DNA from: Mycobacterium sp.
GTDB lineage: Bacteria > Actinomycetota > Actinomycetes > Mycobacteriales > Mycobacteriaceae
Reading direction: 5' to 3'
NCBI GenBank assembly: GCA_025965895.1
Contig: JAOPWC010000127.1
Coordinates: forward strand, 16,037-80,036
Length of the DNA stretch: 64,000 nt
Shown here: piece after piece, positions 9,652 to 19,700 of the stretch
How positions within the stretch are numbered: position 1 is the first letter of the stretch
How the letters are laid out: every line of letters begins with the position of its first letter
Program-made: the position numbers and the translations under genes
The notes under the pieces: generated by a model
The model's database searches: none
Told to the model about the DNA's origin: nothing
The model's input: the letters and a program-made list of their open reading frames with translations, nothing else

Positions 9652-11802
9652 TCATACGGCCGCGGGGCTGTCTCGTGCTGTCGGATACGCCAACTCGAGC
9701 TCACCGAGGTTGGCTGCGACCGCGACGAGCGGGAGCGCGGCATCGACGGCCGTGCGGTCGTCGGTCGCCTCGGCGCGCAGTGCCCGCACAAAGTCGTCGC
9801 TGATCGCAGGCTGGGCCGCGTTGCCGCTGTCGGCAAGTCGCCCGCAGACAGATTCTTCGTGCGTCTCCAACACCGTGCGGGCAGCGGGGTAGGTCGATGA
9901 CGGCGGCAGCGTTGTGATGTCGGCGATCACGTCCGCTGCGACGCGAATCAGCGTAGCTCGGTTGGCCGCACTCACCACCGGCGTCCGAAGGTTTGCCCCA
10001 CTGCCAGTCTCCGAAAGATAATGGCGTACCGCATCATCAACTGTTCGACTGGCAACCAGCGCGTCGCGGCTCAGTGCCTTCACCGTGGCATCGATATCGG
10101 CGGAGGGTCCACGCGTGACGCGCAGCACGGCCGTGTGGAGATAGCGCGAAGACACCTCGAATGCGGCATCGATGACTGCGGACACGGCTGCGGAGGCCCC
10201 CCGCGGCCACAGCAGCACCGACACGAGGACTCCGACCGCGGCACCGATCGCCACATCTTCGATGCGTACCAAACCGATTCGCCATCCGGTGGGGGCGACG
10301 AGGTTCAGGATGATCAGAACAGTGGCCGCGATCATGGCCTGACCGGCAATGAAGGAGAACACCCGGGGCACGTAGGCCGATCCGAACACCGCGATGGGCA
10401 GCAGTGACCACAGCACAGCCGGTTCGACACCGAAAGCCGCGATGAGCAATCCGCCGACGATCACCCCGATTGCAGTGCCGATCACCGCCCGCACCATGTT
10501 GGTTCCCGTGCTCAACGTGCTGCTTCCCAGCACGACGATTGTTCCCAGCACCACCCAGAAGCTGTGCTGGACAGGGAAAAGGTGAGTGATCGCTACCGCG
10601 AGGGCCAGCCCGACTCCGGTTCGCAAACTGTTACGTGCCGCGACCGACCTCGTGGCCAGAAAGCCGGTGGGGATGGTCGCGACAGCCACCGTTTCCGGCA
10701 ACAATCGGTCAGCGATGCCGGTGGAGGGTAGTCGTAGCCCGAGGGCGCGCGCCCATACCGGCCGGGCGTCGGCGGTCGCCGCGGTGGCGATGACCCGTCC
10801 CGTCAGGGCGATCGTCGTTGCGATCGTGCGGCGCTTCAGCAGCGAGCGGCCGACTGCTGCGGCCCCGGCGTCGTCGGGCTCGCCGAGGATCTGTGTGACA
10901 TCGTCGCGATAGCGGCCACGCGCCACCGTCCGCAACGTGCTGAGCGCGAGCTCGAGTTCGGCACGATCAGCAGCGCGATGAGCAAGCCGCGATTCGTCGA
11001 GCACTCTTGCGCAGCAACGCAGGACACGGATGGCGGGCTGCTGCATTGATCCCAGGGCGTCCTGGTTGTGGTCATCGACGCGGGCGCTGACCAACTCCAG
11101 GTTGTCAACCACGCGGACAAGACCCCGACTTCCGGCGCTGAGCCCCACCGGGCGGAAGTTAGCGGCAAAAAAGTTGGCCCTCAGTGCGTCCATGGCTGTC
11201 GTCACTTCGGCGACCGAGCCGGTTCCCTCGAGCCGGTCGGCCAGCGCGTCGCACACCTGTGCCGCGTGACGGCGCAGCTCCCCGTGATGGCGTGGCGGAA
11301 ACAGAAACAACGCGGCGGGCACACACAACGCCAGTGCGACCAGCCAGCCCAGCAGGCGCTCACCGATCGGCCCCACCGGTGTGCATACCGGCCATACATA
11401 CAGCAACAACGTCGCGCGTTGACCGGCGGAGACGGTCTCGCTGAGCACCCCGGCCAAGGTGACCGCCACACCCAGCACGAACATCACGGTCACCGCAAGC
11501 CACGGAATGGGAGCAACCAGGGTGCCGAGCGTGATCAGAACGATCCCGTTGAAACCCAGCCCCAGGTAGCCGACGGCGCGGCTTTGCCGATTACCGGGAA
11601 AATCGGCGAGCACCATCAACCAGAACGCGCCCAGCATTGTGAACAGCGGAGCCTGTGTGCCGCCGATGACGGCGAGGCTGAATCCGGCCGCAAGCGGAAC
11701 CGTGATCGCGGCACGGATGCCGCGACGCAGCGCATCGCACTCCGGGTCCTGTGCGCGCAGCCTCTCTAGTGTCCGCCGAAACAGCGCAGCCGGGGTCAGC
11801 AT
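9652..11802 (-). CDS. FUSC-family (fusaric-acid-resistance/aromatic acid exporter-like) integral membrane protein
   Basis: 716 aa. Two multi-TM blocks separated by a long soluble helical linker, the typical FUSC layout. Confidence 0.75.
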   Translation of the reverse strand: MLTPAALFRRTLERLRAQDPECDALRRGIRAAITVPLAAGFSLAVIGGTQAPLFTMLGAFWLMVLADFPGNRQSRAVGYLGLGFNGIVLITLGTLVAPIPWLAVTVMFVLGVAVTLAGVLSETVSAGQRATLLLYVWPVCTPVGPIGERLLGWLVALALCVPAALFLFPPRHHGELRRHAAQVCDALADRLEGTGSVAEVTTAMDALRANFFAANFRPVGLSAGSRGLVRVVDNLELVSARVDDHNQDALGSMQQPAIRVLRCCARVLDESRLAHRAADRAELELALSTLRTVARGRYRDDVTQILGEPDDAGAAAVGRSLLKRRTIATTIALTGRVIATAATADARPVWARALGLRLPSTGIADRLLPETVAVATIPTGFLATRSVAARNSLRTGVGLALAVAITHLFPVQHSFWVVLGTIVVLGSSTLSTGTNMVRAVIGTAIGVIVGGLLIAAFGVEPAVLWSLLPIAVFGSAYVPRVFSFIAGQAMIAATVLIILNLVAPTGWRIGLVRIEDVAIGAAVGVLVSVLLWPRGASAAVSAVIDAAFEVSSRYLHTAVLRVTRGPSADIDATVKALSRDALVASRTVDDAVRHYLSETGSGANLRTPVVSAANRATLIRVAADVIADITTLPPSSTYPAARTVLETHEESVCGRLADSGNAAQPAISDDFVRALRAEATDDRTAVDAALPLVAVAANLGELELAYPTARDSPAAV

Positions 11803-12009
11803 TACTGGATAGTAGGGCGGCTGCTTGATGCTGTGTAGCTTGTCGACGGCAAGACTGCAGCTGACGCCTAGGGAATCTCCGGGTAACGGGAATGTATGGG
11901 GGTCACCGGCTCGGTCACACTCGCGGGCGGGTCTCCCTGACTGACCGGTGCAACCTGCGGTGCGGCTGCTGAGAACAACTGCCCGACTGCGAGAAGTGGA
12001 TAAGGATCG

Positions 12010-12148
12010 ATGGCGACGTTGCGGGTAGCGATCGTCGGCGGTGGTATCGGCGGTCTTTCGGCAGCGGTGGCGCTGCGCGACTGCCAGTCTGAGCTATCCG
12101 TGGGTGCAGGACTACGACGTGGAGCTCGAGGCCCGCGCCGTCTGGTGA
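12010..12148 (+). pseudogene. Remnant of an FAD-dependent monooxygenase (N-terminal dinucleotide-binding motif fused out of frame to a C-terminal tail)
   Basis: AAGGA SD plus ATG, then MATLRVAIVGGGIGGLSAAVALR. The sense is then lost. The +1 frame reads SYPWVQDYDVELEARAVW-stop. The whole enzyme core is missing. Confidence 0.4.
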
Positions 12149-12149
12149 G

Positions 12150-12848
12150 TCAGCGCGAGGCGTCGTCCCCGAACGGCGAGTTCGGCTCGGCAGCGATGCC
12201 CAGCGCCCGCAGCGTGCTCGTGTGATGAATCCTCACCGCTTCCAGGGCCTCGCGGACATCACCGTCTCGCACAGCTTGGGCGATACTGCGGTGCTCGTTG
12301 ACGATGGTGGTGATGCGCTTCGGGTCACGGATGGCCGATTCGCCGATCATCCGCATCTGGCGGTCTCTCAGCGAGGTGTAGAAACCGGTGAGAATGGCGT
12401 TGTCGGCGTGTTCGATGGTGACGGAGTGGAATGCCCGGTCTGATTCGAGGAAATCACGCAGATCGCCGGCATTGCCGACTCGGCGCTGTCGTTTCAGCTC
12501 CGCCGACAGCCGCTCGTACACCGCTTTGCGTTCCGTGGGGCCGCGCCGGATCACCTTGTCGGCCGCGAACTGTTCCAAAATCAGCCGGGCCTCCATGACC
12601 GCACGGACCTCGTCGGCTGAGACGGGGACGACCAGCGCCCCACGCTTCGGATAAAGCCGTAGCAGCCCTTCCGCCTCCATCCGCAGAAAGGCTTCCCGTA
12701 CCGGGGTGCGGGACATGCCGAGCGCGGTGGCGACCTCGCCTTCGCTGATCAGTTCCCCACCGGCGAATTCGCCTGTGAGCACCCGGGTTTTGACGTAGTC
12801 AAGAGCGCGGTCGCTCGCGGCGACGCGGTCGGCGCCGGTTGTGGCCAC
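12150..12848 (-). CDS. GntR-family transcriptional regulator (FadR/FCD type)
   Basis: wHTH: ISEGEVATALGMSRTPVREAFLRMEAEGLLRL. All-helical C-terminal domain. Start set at GTG (VATTGADR), because the longer ORF runs through the AT-rich intergenic region. Confidence 0.85.
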   Translation of the reverse strand: MATTGADRVAASDRALDYVKTRVLTGEFAGGELISEGEVATALGMSRTPVREAFLRMEAEGLLRLYPKRGALVVPVSADEVRAVMEARLILEQFAADKVIRRGPTERKAVYERLSAELKRQRRVGNAGDLRDFLESDRAFHSVTIEHADNAILTGFYTSLRDRQMRMIGESAIRDPKRITTIVNEHRSIAQAVRDGDVREALEAVRIHHTSTLRALGIAAEPNSPFGDDASR

Positions 12849-12880
12849 AGCAGCCCCCTTGTGCCCAGCATCACGCAAAC

Positions 12881-12913
12881 ATAGATACAAGATAAATACA
12901 AGATAGATACTAT
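12881..12913. promoter_or_regulatory. Three tandem 11-bp direct repeats (ATAGATACAAG / ATAAATACAAG / ATAGATACTAT) in the divergent GntR-bicupin promoter region; candidate GntR operator
   Basis: Read directly. This is the most AT-rich stretch of the window, located between divergent starts at 12848 and 12957. Confidence 0.45.
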
Positions 12914-12956
12914 AGAGGTGTAACCACAAAGTTCATAGATTTAGAGGTGATTGACG

Positions 12957-13994
12957 ATGTCCATCGCGAATACGGAAACGCCGGCCGTGGCCCCGACCGA
13001 CCTTGACCCGACCGACCTTGACCCGACCGTCCCGGCGCCGATGACCAATGTGGCGGAATATGGATTCGAGGGCCGCTTTGCGGACTGGGCCGACGACGCG
13101 CGCTACTTCGAGTATTCCAAGGCGGCCAATCCGATTGGGTCCGGGTTCACCCCGAAGATTCCGGTCGTGCGGTTCAGCCCGGGGGTCTACCTGGATGAGC
13201 CCACCGGGGTGGTGCCGCTGGATCTGTCCACACAGCTGGGCATCGCGTCCGGCGAGGCGACGAGCCCCGGGTTGTTGGCGAACTTCGTGCGCATTCGCGC
13301 CGGGGAGCACATCGACACCAGCGCCAATGCCACCTCGCAGTTGTACTACGCCCTTTACGGACGCGGTTTCGCCGCAGTCGACGGCCGGCTGGTTCGGTGG
13401 GAGAAGGGTGACTTTCTGACCCTGCCCGCCGGTGCGCGCTCGGTGTTTTACGCCGACGCTGACGCGGCTCTTTACTGGGTGCACGACGAGCCGCTGCTGC
13501 GCTATCTGGGCGCGCAGGCGACCGAACCGAGGTTCCGGCCCACCAAGTTTCGCCGCGCCGATGCGGTGGCCACCCTGCAGGGCATCGCCTCACGCCCGGG
13601 TGCGAACGACAAGAGCAGGGTCAGCGTGTTGTTGGCCAACGCCGAAGAGGAGCAGACGCTGACCATCACCCATGTGCTGTGGGCCATGTTCGGTTTGCTG
13701 CCTGCCGATCAAGAGCAGCTGCCACACCGGCACCAGTCGGTCGCCCTGGATCTGATTCTGGACGCCGAGCCGGGCTGCTACACGCTGCTGGGCACCCGGC
13801 TGAACGATCGTGGCGAGATCGTCGACCCGATCCGGGTGGACTGGGAGGCCGGCGGCGCGTTCGTGACTCCGCCGGGCATGTGGCACGCGCACTTCAACGA
13901 ATCGGGTTCCCCGGCACACCTGATCCCCATCCAAGACGCCGGGCTGCAGACCTATCTGCGCAGCCTCGACATCCGTTTCACCCAGCGCCGGTAA
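12957..13994 (+). CDS. Bicupin protein, gentisate-1,2-dioxygenase-like fold
   Basis: ATG preceded by GAGGTGA. Two cupin barrels. Only the C-terminal one has HRH...H (LPHRHQSVALDL...MWHAHFN). Confidence 0.75.
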   Translation: MSIANTETPAVAPTDLDPTDLDPTVPAPMTNVAEYGFEGRFADWADDARYFEYSKAANPIGSGFTPKIPVVRFSPGVYLDEPTGVVPLDLSTQLGIASGEATSPGLLANFVRIRAGEHIDTSANATSQLYYALYGRGFAAVDGRLVRWEKGDFLTLPAGARSVFYADADAALYWVHDEPLLRYLGAQATEPRFRPTKFRRADAVATLQGIASRPGANDKSRVSVLLANAEEEQTLTITHVLWAMFGLLPADQEQLPHRHQSVALDLILDAEPGCYTLLGTRLNDRGEIVDPIRVDWEAGGAFVTPPGMWHAHFNESGSPAHLIPIQDAGLQTYLRSLDIRFTQRR

Positions 13995-14185
13995 CGCCTG
14001 TCAACCGCTGCGCCTCAGGAGAATCCACCGAGCGGCGGCTGCCGGTTGGCGGGAACCGAAGATTCCGGGTAACCGGGCCGACTGATGGGCGACAGCAGCG
14101 ATGAACTCGACTGCTCTGCGGCAGATTCTGGATGATGTAAGGAAGCGGAAAAGGCGAGATGATCGATCAGAAAAGGAGCATCACC

Positions 14186-14413
14186 ATGACTTTTGGACTG
14201 AAGCGCATTGCACCGGCGTTGGCGGTGGGCGCCGCCGCGCTGGCCATTGCCGGGGCACCCACGGCCATGGCCCAGACTGCGACGGCTCAACCCGCGACAG
14301 CCGCCAGCGCGCCTGCGGTCGTGGCCGCAGGATGGCACGGCGGCCATGGCGGTTGGCATGGCGGCGGCTATGGCGGCGGCTGGGGCCACCGCGGCTGGGG
14401 CTGGGGCTGGTAA
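14186..14413 (+). CDS. Small secreted Gly/Trp/His-rich peptide (75-aa precursor)
   Basis: AAGGAG lies 7 nt before the ATG. Signal peptide MTFGLKRIAPALAVGAAALAIAGAPTAMA-QT. Tail GWHGGHGGWHGGGYGGGWGHRGWGWGW. High GC3. A strong hairpin lies immediately downstream. Confidence 0.7.
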   Translation: MTFGLKRIAPALAVGAAALAIAGAPTAMAQTATAQPATAASAPAVVAAGWHGGHGGWHGGGYGGGWGHRGWGWGW

Positions 14414-14428
14414 AGCCGAGCTGACGCC

Positions 14429-14472
14429 ACACGGGCGCCGGGGTGCGGTTGTCCTCACCCCGACGCCCGTGT
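14429..14472. terminator. 17-bp stem (one mismatch) / 10-nt loop hairpin between convergent genes
   Basis: ACACGGGCGCCGGGGTG-cggttgtcct-CACCCCGACGCCCGTGT. Confidence 0.55.
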
Positions 14473-14490
14473 CGCGCGTCGTGCGGCCGG

Positions 14491-15684
14491 TCAGCTCACT
14501 TTCAACGCGATACGGGCCCAGGCATTGTTTGCGTATCCTCTCGGATTCCACAGCGATGCAGGGCATTCGGGCTGGGTGACCCCGGTGTCGTCCCAGGCGC
14601 GGGCGGTGACGCTCAACGGCCCGGGTTGGGCCTCGACGGTGACCGACCAGAATCGCCATGCCCACCGGCTTTCGACGGGTTCAAGATCAGCTTGCCGCCA
14701 GCTGCGACCATTGTCGAGGGAAACATCGACACGGGCGATTCCGTGACCATCACCGACCACGGCGTATCCGCGGATCGTCAGCGCGCCGGCAGGGACGTGG
14801 GCGTCCTCTTCGGGAACCAGAATGTCGGCGTTGAGCGCCAGCAACGACAACGAAATGCCCTCCCCCGATGTCACCGTGTCGGGGTCGGCGTCCTCGGGCA
14901 GAATGCGGTAGTCGAGGGCCTGAAAGTAGTTCTCCGACGGGACCGGTTGCACAGTCACGCCGGTGACCCACTTCACGCTGCGCGCGCCGATATAGCCCGG
15001 CACCACGACGCGCACCGGGCCACCGTGAAGGCGCGGAAGCGGTTGGCCGTTCATCTTCCACGCCAGCAGAACTTCTTCGGACAGAGCTTTGGTCAGCGGG
15101 ATGGAACTCCCGTAGGGCTGCACGGGGCGTGCCTCCTGGGCCACGTCCGGGGCGGCGAAGGCAACATGGAATCCTTCACCGGGACGCACCCCGGCCGCCT
15201 CGAGCACATCTGCCAACCTGGCGCCGCGCCATTCTGCGGTCGAGATCGCCCCGTGCGACCACGGCTCCTTGCCGGGTATCGGGCGCACCTTGAGTAGTTC
15301 AGCGCGGCGATTGCCGGCGCACGCCAGTGTGGCCACCACCGAATGGGAGGCGAACCGGGTGGTCAGTTGGTCATACGTCAGGACGAGCGGCTTGTCGACC
15401 ATGCCATCGACTGTCAGGCGCCACTCCTCGGGCACAACATCGGGAATCGGGCCGTGATTTCGACAGTAGAACGCGTCCAGCGGCGTGAGGTCACCATCGG
15501 CCAACGCCGACGCATGGGGCTCCGCATTGAACGGTGACTGGTTGTGAACAATCATGCCCTCACGCTTAACCGACACCGTGTGCGCCGCTCTTGCCATCAC
15601 CGGCCTCCCGATGGTCGCCAACCCGGCTTCCGGCCTGTGGCGAGGATCACTGCCCGTTGACCGCAACGATGACAGTTCGTTCAT
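14491..15684 (-). CDS. Molybdopterin-dependent oxidoreductase, sulfite-oxidase family
   Basis: FYCRNHGPIP...WRLTVDGMV. Moco Cys motif VATLACAGNRR. C-terminal dimerisation/Ig-like domain. Start uncertain. Confidence 0.85.
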   Translation of the reverse strand: MNELSSLRSTGSDPRHRPEAGLATIGRPVMARAAHTVSVKREGMIVHNQSPFNAEPHASALADGDLTPLDAFYCRNHGPIPDVVPEEWRLTVDGMVDKPLVLTYDQLTTRFASHSVVATLACAGNRRAELLKVRPIPGKEPWSHGAISTAEWRGARLADVLEAAGVRPGEGFHVAFAAPDVAQEARPVQPYGSSIPLTKALSEEVLLAWKMNGQPLPRLHGGPVRVVVPGYIGARSVKWVTGVTVQPVPSENYFQALDYRILPEDADPDTVTSGEGISLSLLALNADILVPEEDAHVPAGALTIRGYAVVGDGHGIARVDVSLDNGRSWRQADLEPVESRWAWRFWSVTVEAQPGPLSVTARAWDDTGVTQPECPASLWNPRGYANNAWARIALKVS

Positions 15685-15783
15685 CCGATGTCGCTACCGC
15701 TGGCACCCATCTGGCATACCGGCTGGCCGTAAGCTAGGACGCTAATAGTTAGGGTACTAGCTATACCGGCGTACGCTGAAAGC

Positions 15784-16275
15784 ATGACCAGAGCAGTCGC
15801 GCAGGGAGCCGATCCGCTCGCACTGGAACGGCAGGTGTGTTTCGCGCTTGCCATCACCAACCGTGCGGTGCTTGCGGTGTACCGGCCATTACTCGAGCCG
15901 CTCGGGCTGACCCATCCGCAGTATCTGGTGTTGCTGACGCTGTGGGACAACGCCAAATCCGGCGGAGAAGCTTTGTCGGTCAAAGAGATCGCGGGGCTGC
16001 TGCAGATGGATTCGGCCACCCTGTCGCCGATGCTCAAAAGGTTGCAGGCGCAGGGCTTGATCACCCGGTCGCGCAGTGCGACCGACGAGCGCACCACCCG
16101 GGTCCAGCTGACACCCAAAGGGCGCAACCTGCGCCGCCGGGCGCTCGACATTCCCCCTGCGGTGGTCGACCGGCTCGGTGTCGAACTCGCTGAGCTGGAG
16201 CATCTCCATGAGGCGCTCACCAGAATCAATGCTGCCGCCCTCGCCGCCGGGGCCATTGACGCGGAGGCGAATTGA
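15784..16275 (+). CDS. ohrR: MarR-family regulator, OhrR-like (organic hydroperoxide sensor type)
   Basis: N-terminal sensing Cys context LALERQVCFALAITNRAV. wHTH THPQYLVLLTLWD...SPMLKRLQAQGLITRSRSATDER. Confidence 0.75.
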   Translation: MTRAVAQGADPLALERQVCFALAITNRAVLAVYRPLLEPLGLTHPQYLVLLTLWDNAKSGGEALSVKEIAGLLQMDSATLSPMLKRLQAQGLITRSRSATDERTTRVQLTPKGRNLRRRALDIPPAVVDRLGVELAELEHLHEALTRINAAALAAGAIDAEAN

Positions 16276-16724
16276 TGAAGCGACGCGAAAACCCGCCGCG
16301 GCTCGTTTCGGGACGGGCAGCCACCGACGACCGACGACGTCGACCCGATCCGGCCCGCTGGATCTGGTACACGTTCGGTGGTTCGCTTCGTGCGCGGTAT
16401 CGAGGCTGGGTGTTGCACGACCTCACGTCCCGCTCCCGCTGGTTGCGCCAGGCGGCGCGGGCGATGGTGCAGGTGGCACCGCTCGAAGTGGTGTTGTTAC
16501 TCGTGCTGGGGTTCGGCTGGATCACCTACGTGGCGTTGGTCGGCGGCCTGGTGATGGCTCTGATCTACTCCCTCGCCTACTTCGATCAGTCGACAGACAA
16601 CCGCCTCGTCAAGCACGGGTATCCGCCGGGCACCGCGGGCCAGATCCGACGTGAGCGCGAACGGGCGAAGGACCCCGATGCGATGCGCCGCTACCTGCAG
16701 ACCTACCGCGGCAACGCGAACTAG
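16272..16724 (+). CDS. DUF5313-like membrane protein
   Basis: ATGA overlap with the ohrR stop. WIWYTFGGSLRARYRGWVLHDL followed by TM helices. Confidence 0.65.
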   Translation: MMKRRENPPRLVSGRAATDDRRRRPDPARWIWYTFGGSLRARYRGWVLHDLTSRSRWLRQAARAMVQVAPLEVVLLLVLGFGWITYVALVGGLVMALIYSLAYFDQSTDNRLVKHGYPPGTAGQIRRERERAKDPDAMRRYLQTYRGNAN

Positions 16725-16740
16725 CCGAACAGCCTCGAGA

Positions 16741-19700
16741 TCAGGGGGTGTGCGCCGGGATCGTGATGCCCAGCGACGTTCCGGACCCCTGCGGGCTCAC
16801 CACTTCGATGTGTCCGCCGAGCGCTTCAATGCGGTCCTTGAGCCCGATGAGTCCAGACCCTTTGCGCGCGTCCGCTCCTCCTACACCGTCGTCGCGAATC
16901 GACAGGTAGAGATTGTCGTCATCGGTGCGGGCGGACACGGATACCTCCGAGGCCTGAGCATGCTTGGCAGCGTTGGTGAGGGCTTCGGCGACCACGTAGT
17001 AGGTGGCCACCTCGACAGGATCGGCGAACCGTCGATCGATGGTGAGGTCGAGGTTGACCGGGACCGCGCAGCGACGGGCGAGCGTCTTCAGCGCCGGGCT
17101 GAGGCCGCCCTTGGAGAGGATCGCCGGATGGATTCCGCGCGATATCTCCTGGAGATCCCTTGAGACGGCGGCCACTCCGGACAGGATCTCCGACAGCTGC
17201 CGTCTGTGGTCCTGCAGTTCGGGCGGCATTGAATCCTCCGCCATGCGTAGTTGCAAGCCCAGCGAAACCAGTCGTTGTTGAGCCCCGTCGTGCAGGTCGC
17301 GTTCCAGACGGCGTCGTGCCTCGTCGGCGGCGGCGACGATGCGGGCGCGTGAGGCGATCAACTCTGCGCCCGTGGCGGCGTTCGCGATCGCCGTGGCGAC
17401 GAGATCAGCGAAGTCGGCGATGCGCACCTCGGTGTCCGGCGACAACGGCTCCGGCCGCAACGAGCCGACGACAGCGGCACCCCACACGCGCCCGTCGATG
17501 ACGATGGGGACTCCCACCGCCGAATGAATGCCCAGTCCGCGAATGCGTCCGGCGTGGGGGCCGGGAGCATCGTCATGTCTGTCGATCCGTGCGGTCCGGC
17601 CGGTACGTAACACAGTCGCCGCGACATTGTCGGCCGCTAACGTGAGGCGTAGGCCTTTGGGCAGCTTCTGCCCGCCGTGGTGATAGATGGCAAGGGGGAC
17701 GAGCGTGTCGTCGGCGTCGTAGCGGTACACCGCGGCGTGGCCCACATCAAGAAACCGCGCCATCTCGTCGGCGACTGTGGAGAACACCTCGGACGGGCTG
17801 ACACCGCGCGCAACGAGGGTGGCGACGCGCCGCAGCGCGGCCTGCTGGTCGGCCAGGGCAGCAAGCTCGTCTCGGCTGGCCTGCAGTTCGGCGCGAGTGG
17901 CGGCGTTGGCGATTGCGGTAGCCACCAGGTCGGCGAAATCGCCGATACGGCCTTCGGTGTCGAGCGGCAGCGGCTCCGGTTGCGACGTACCGACGACCGC
18001 CGTTCCCCATACCCGTCCGTCCACGACGATCGGAGCGCCCACCCTGCACTGCACGCCCATCACACGCAGCCGTTCGGCGAGGGAGCCCGTGGCTGTCGCG
18101 TAGTCGTCCATCCGCGCGGCGCCGCTCGTACGTAATACCCTCGCGGCGACGTTGTCGCCCTCCAGCGTGACCAGCTCACCGACTGAAAGGTGTGGCTCTC
18201 CCGCTTCGGCGTAAGAGGCGAGGACGACCGCTGCGCCGTCGTCCTCGTAGCAGAACACCTCAGCGTTATCGACGTTCAGGCACCGGGCCATCTCCTCGGC
18301 CACCGCGGAAAACAGCTCCGACGGACTGACGCCGCGCGCGACGAGTGTCGCCACCGCACGCAACGCGGACTGCTGCGTCACGAGCACGCTGAGACTGTCG
18401 CGGCTGGCCTGCAAGTCGGTTCGGGCGGCGGCATTGGCGACGGCGGTAGCGACGAGATCGGCGAAATCGGCGATGCGCAGCTCGGTGTCCGGCGGCAGCG
18501 GCTCGGGGCCCTGGGAGCCGAGAGCGACCATGCCCCAGACCCGGCCGTTCACAACGATCGGGGCTCCCACCGTGCCGCGAAGCCCCATCGCGCGGATCTG
18601 TGCCGAGACGGGGCCAGGTGCGTTCTCGTGGCTGTCCATCCGCGCGGCGTGACCGCTGTCCAACACCCTCACAGCGAGGTTGTCGCCTTCCATCGAAAGC
18701 CGCTGCCCTATCAACGGTATGTTCTTCAGCCTGGGATCGAGGCGGCCGAGGGCCAGGATGACCAGCGTGCCGTCGTCGTCGAATCGGGTGACCGTGGCGT
18801 TAGCCGAATGCAGCCAGCCCGCCAATTCATCGGCCACCGCCGAAAACACCTCTGAGGGCATGGCTCCGCGCGCAACCAGCGTGGCGACCCGTCGCAGGGC
18901 GGCCTGCTGCTCGGCGAGCACGGCAAGTTCGTCACGGCTGTCCTGCAGTTCGGAGCGCGTCGCCGCGTTGGCGATCGCGGTGGCGACCAGGTCGGCGAAG
19001 TCGCAGATCCGTTCCTCGGTGTCCGGCGGCATCGGGTCCGGGCCGACCGAGCCGACGATCGCCGCCCCCCACAGCCTGCCGGTGACGACGACCGGCACCC
19101 CCACGATCGAACCGATGGCCGCCGCGCGGATGCGGGCGGCCTCCGGCCCGCTGACCTTGGCGTGGTTGTCGATTCTCGCGGGCAGGCCCGTGTGCAGGAC
19201 CCGCGCTCCGACGTCGTCGCCGACCAGCGGGATGCGCTCGCCGGTGGCCGGCATCTTGGCGATCCCCGGCTCGTACTGGACCGCCACCACCAACCCGGTG
19301 TCGTCGGGTTCGTAGCGCAGCAGCCCGGCGTTCACCACATGAAGGACTCGGGCCAGCTCGTCGGTAACGGCGGAGAACACCTCCGACGGACTGGCCCCAC
19401 GCGCCACCAGAGTGGCGACCCGCCGCAACGCGGCCTGCTGCTCGGCTAACACACTCAACCGGTCACGACTCGCTTCGACCGCGGCCTGGGCGCGGCGCAG
19501 CTGCGCCTGCTCGCCGCGCCGTTCGGTCACATCGCGGCCCACCGCATAAGACAGGCCGCGACGCCACACGACACTCCATTCGATCCACCGACGCGAGCCG
19601 TCGCTGCAGATGACCCGGTTCTCGACACTGACAGGGTCAGCGCTGATGGGCAGGCGCTCCAGCGTCTCGCGCGCCCGGTCCCGATCCTCGGGCACGACCA

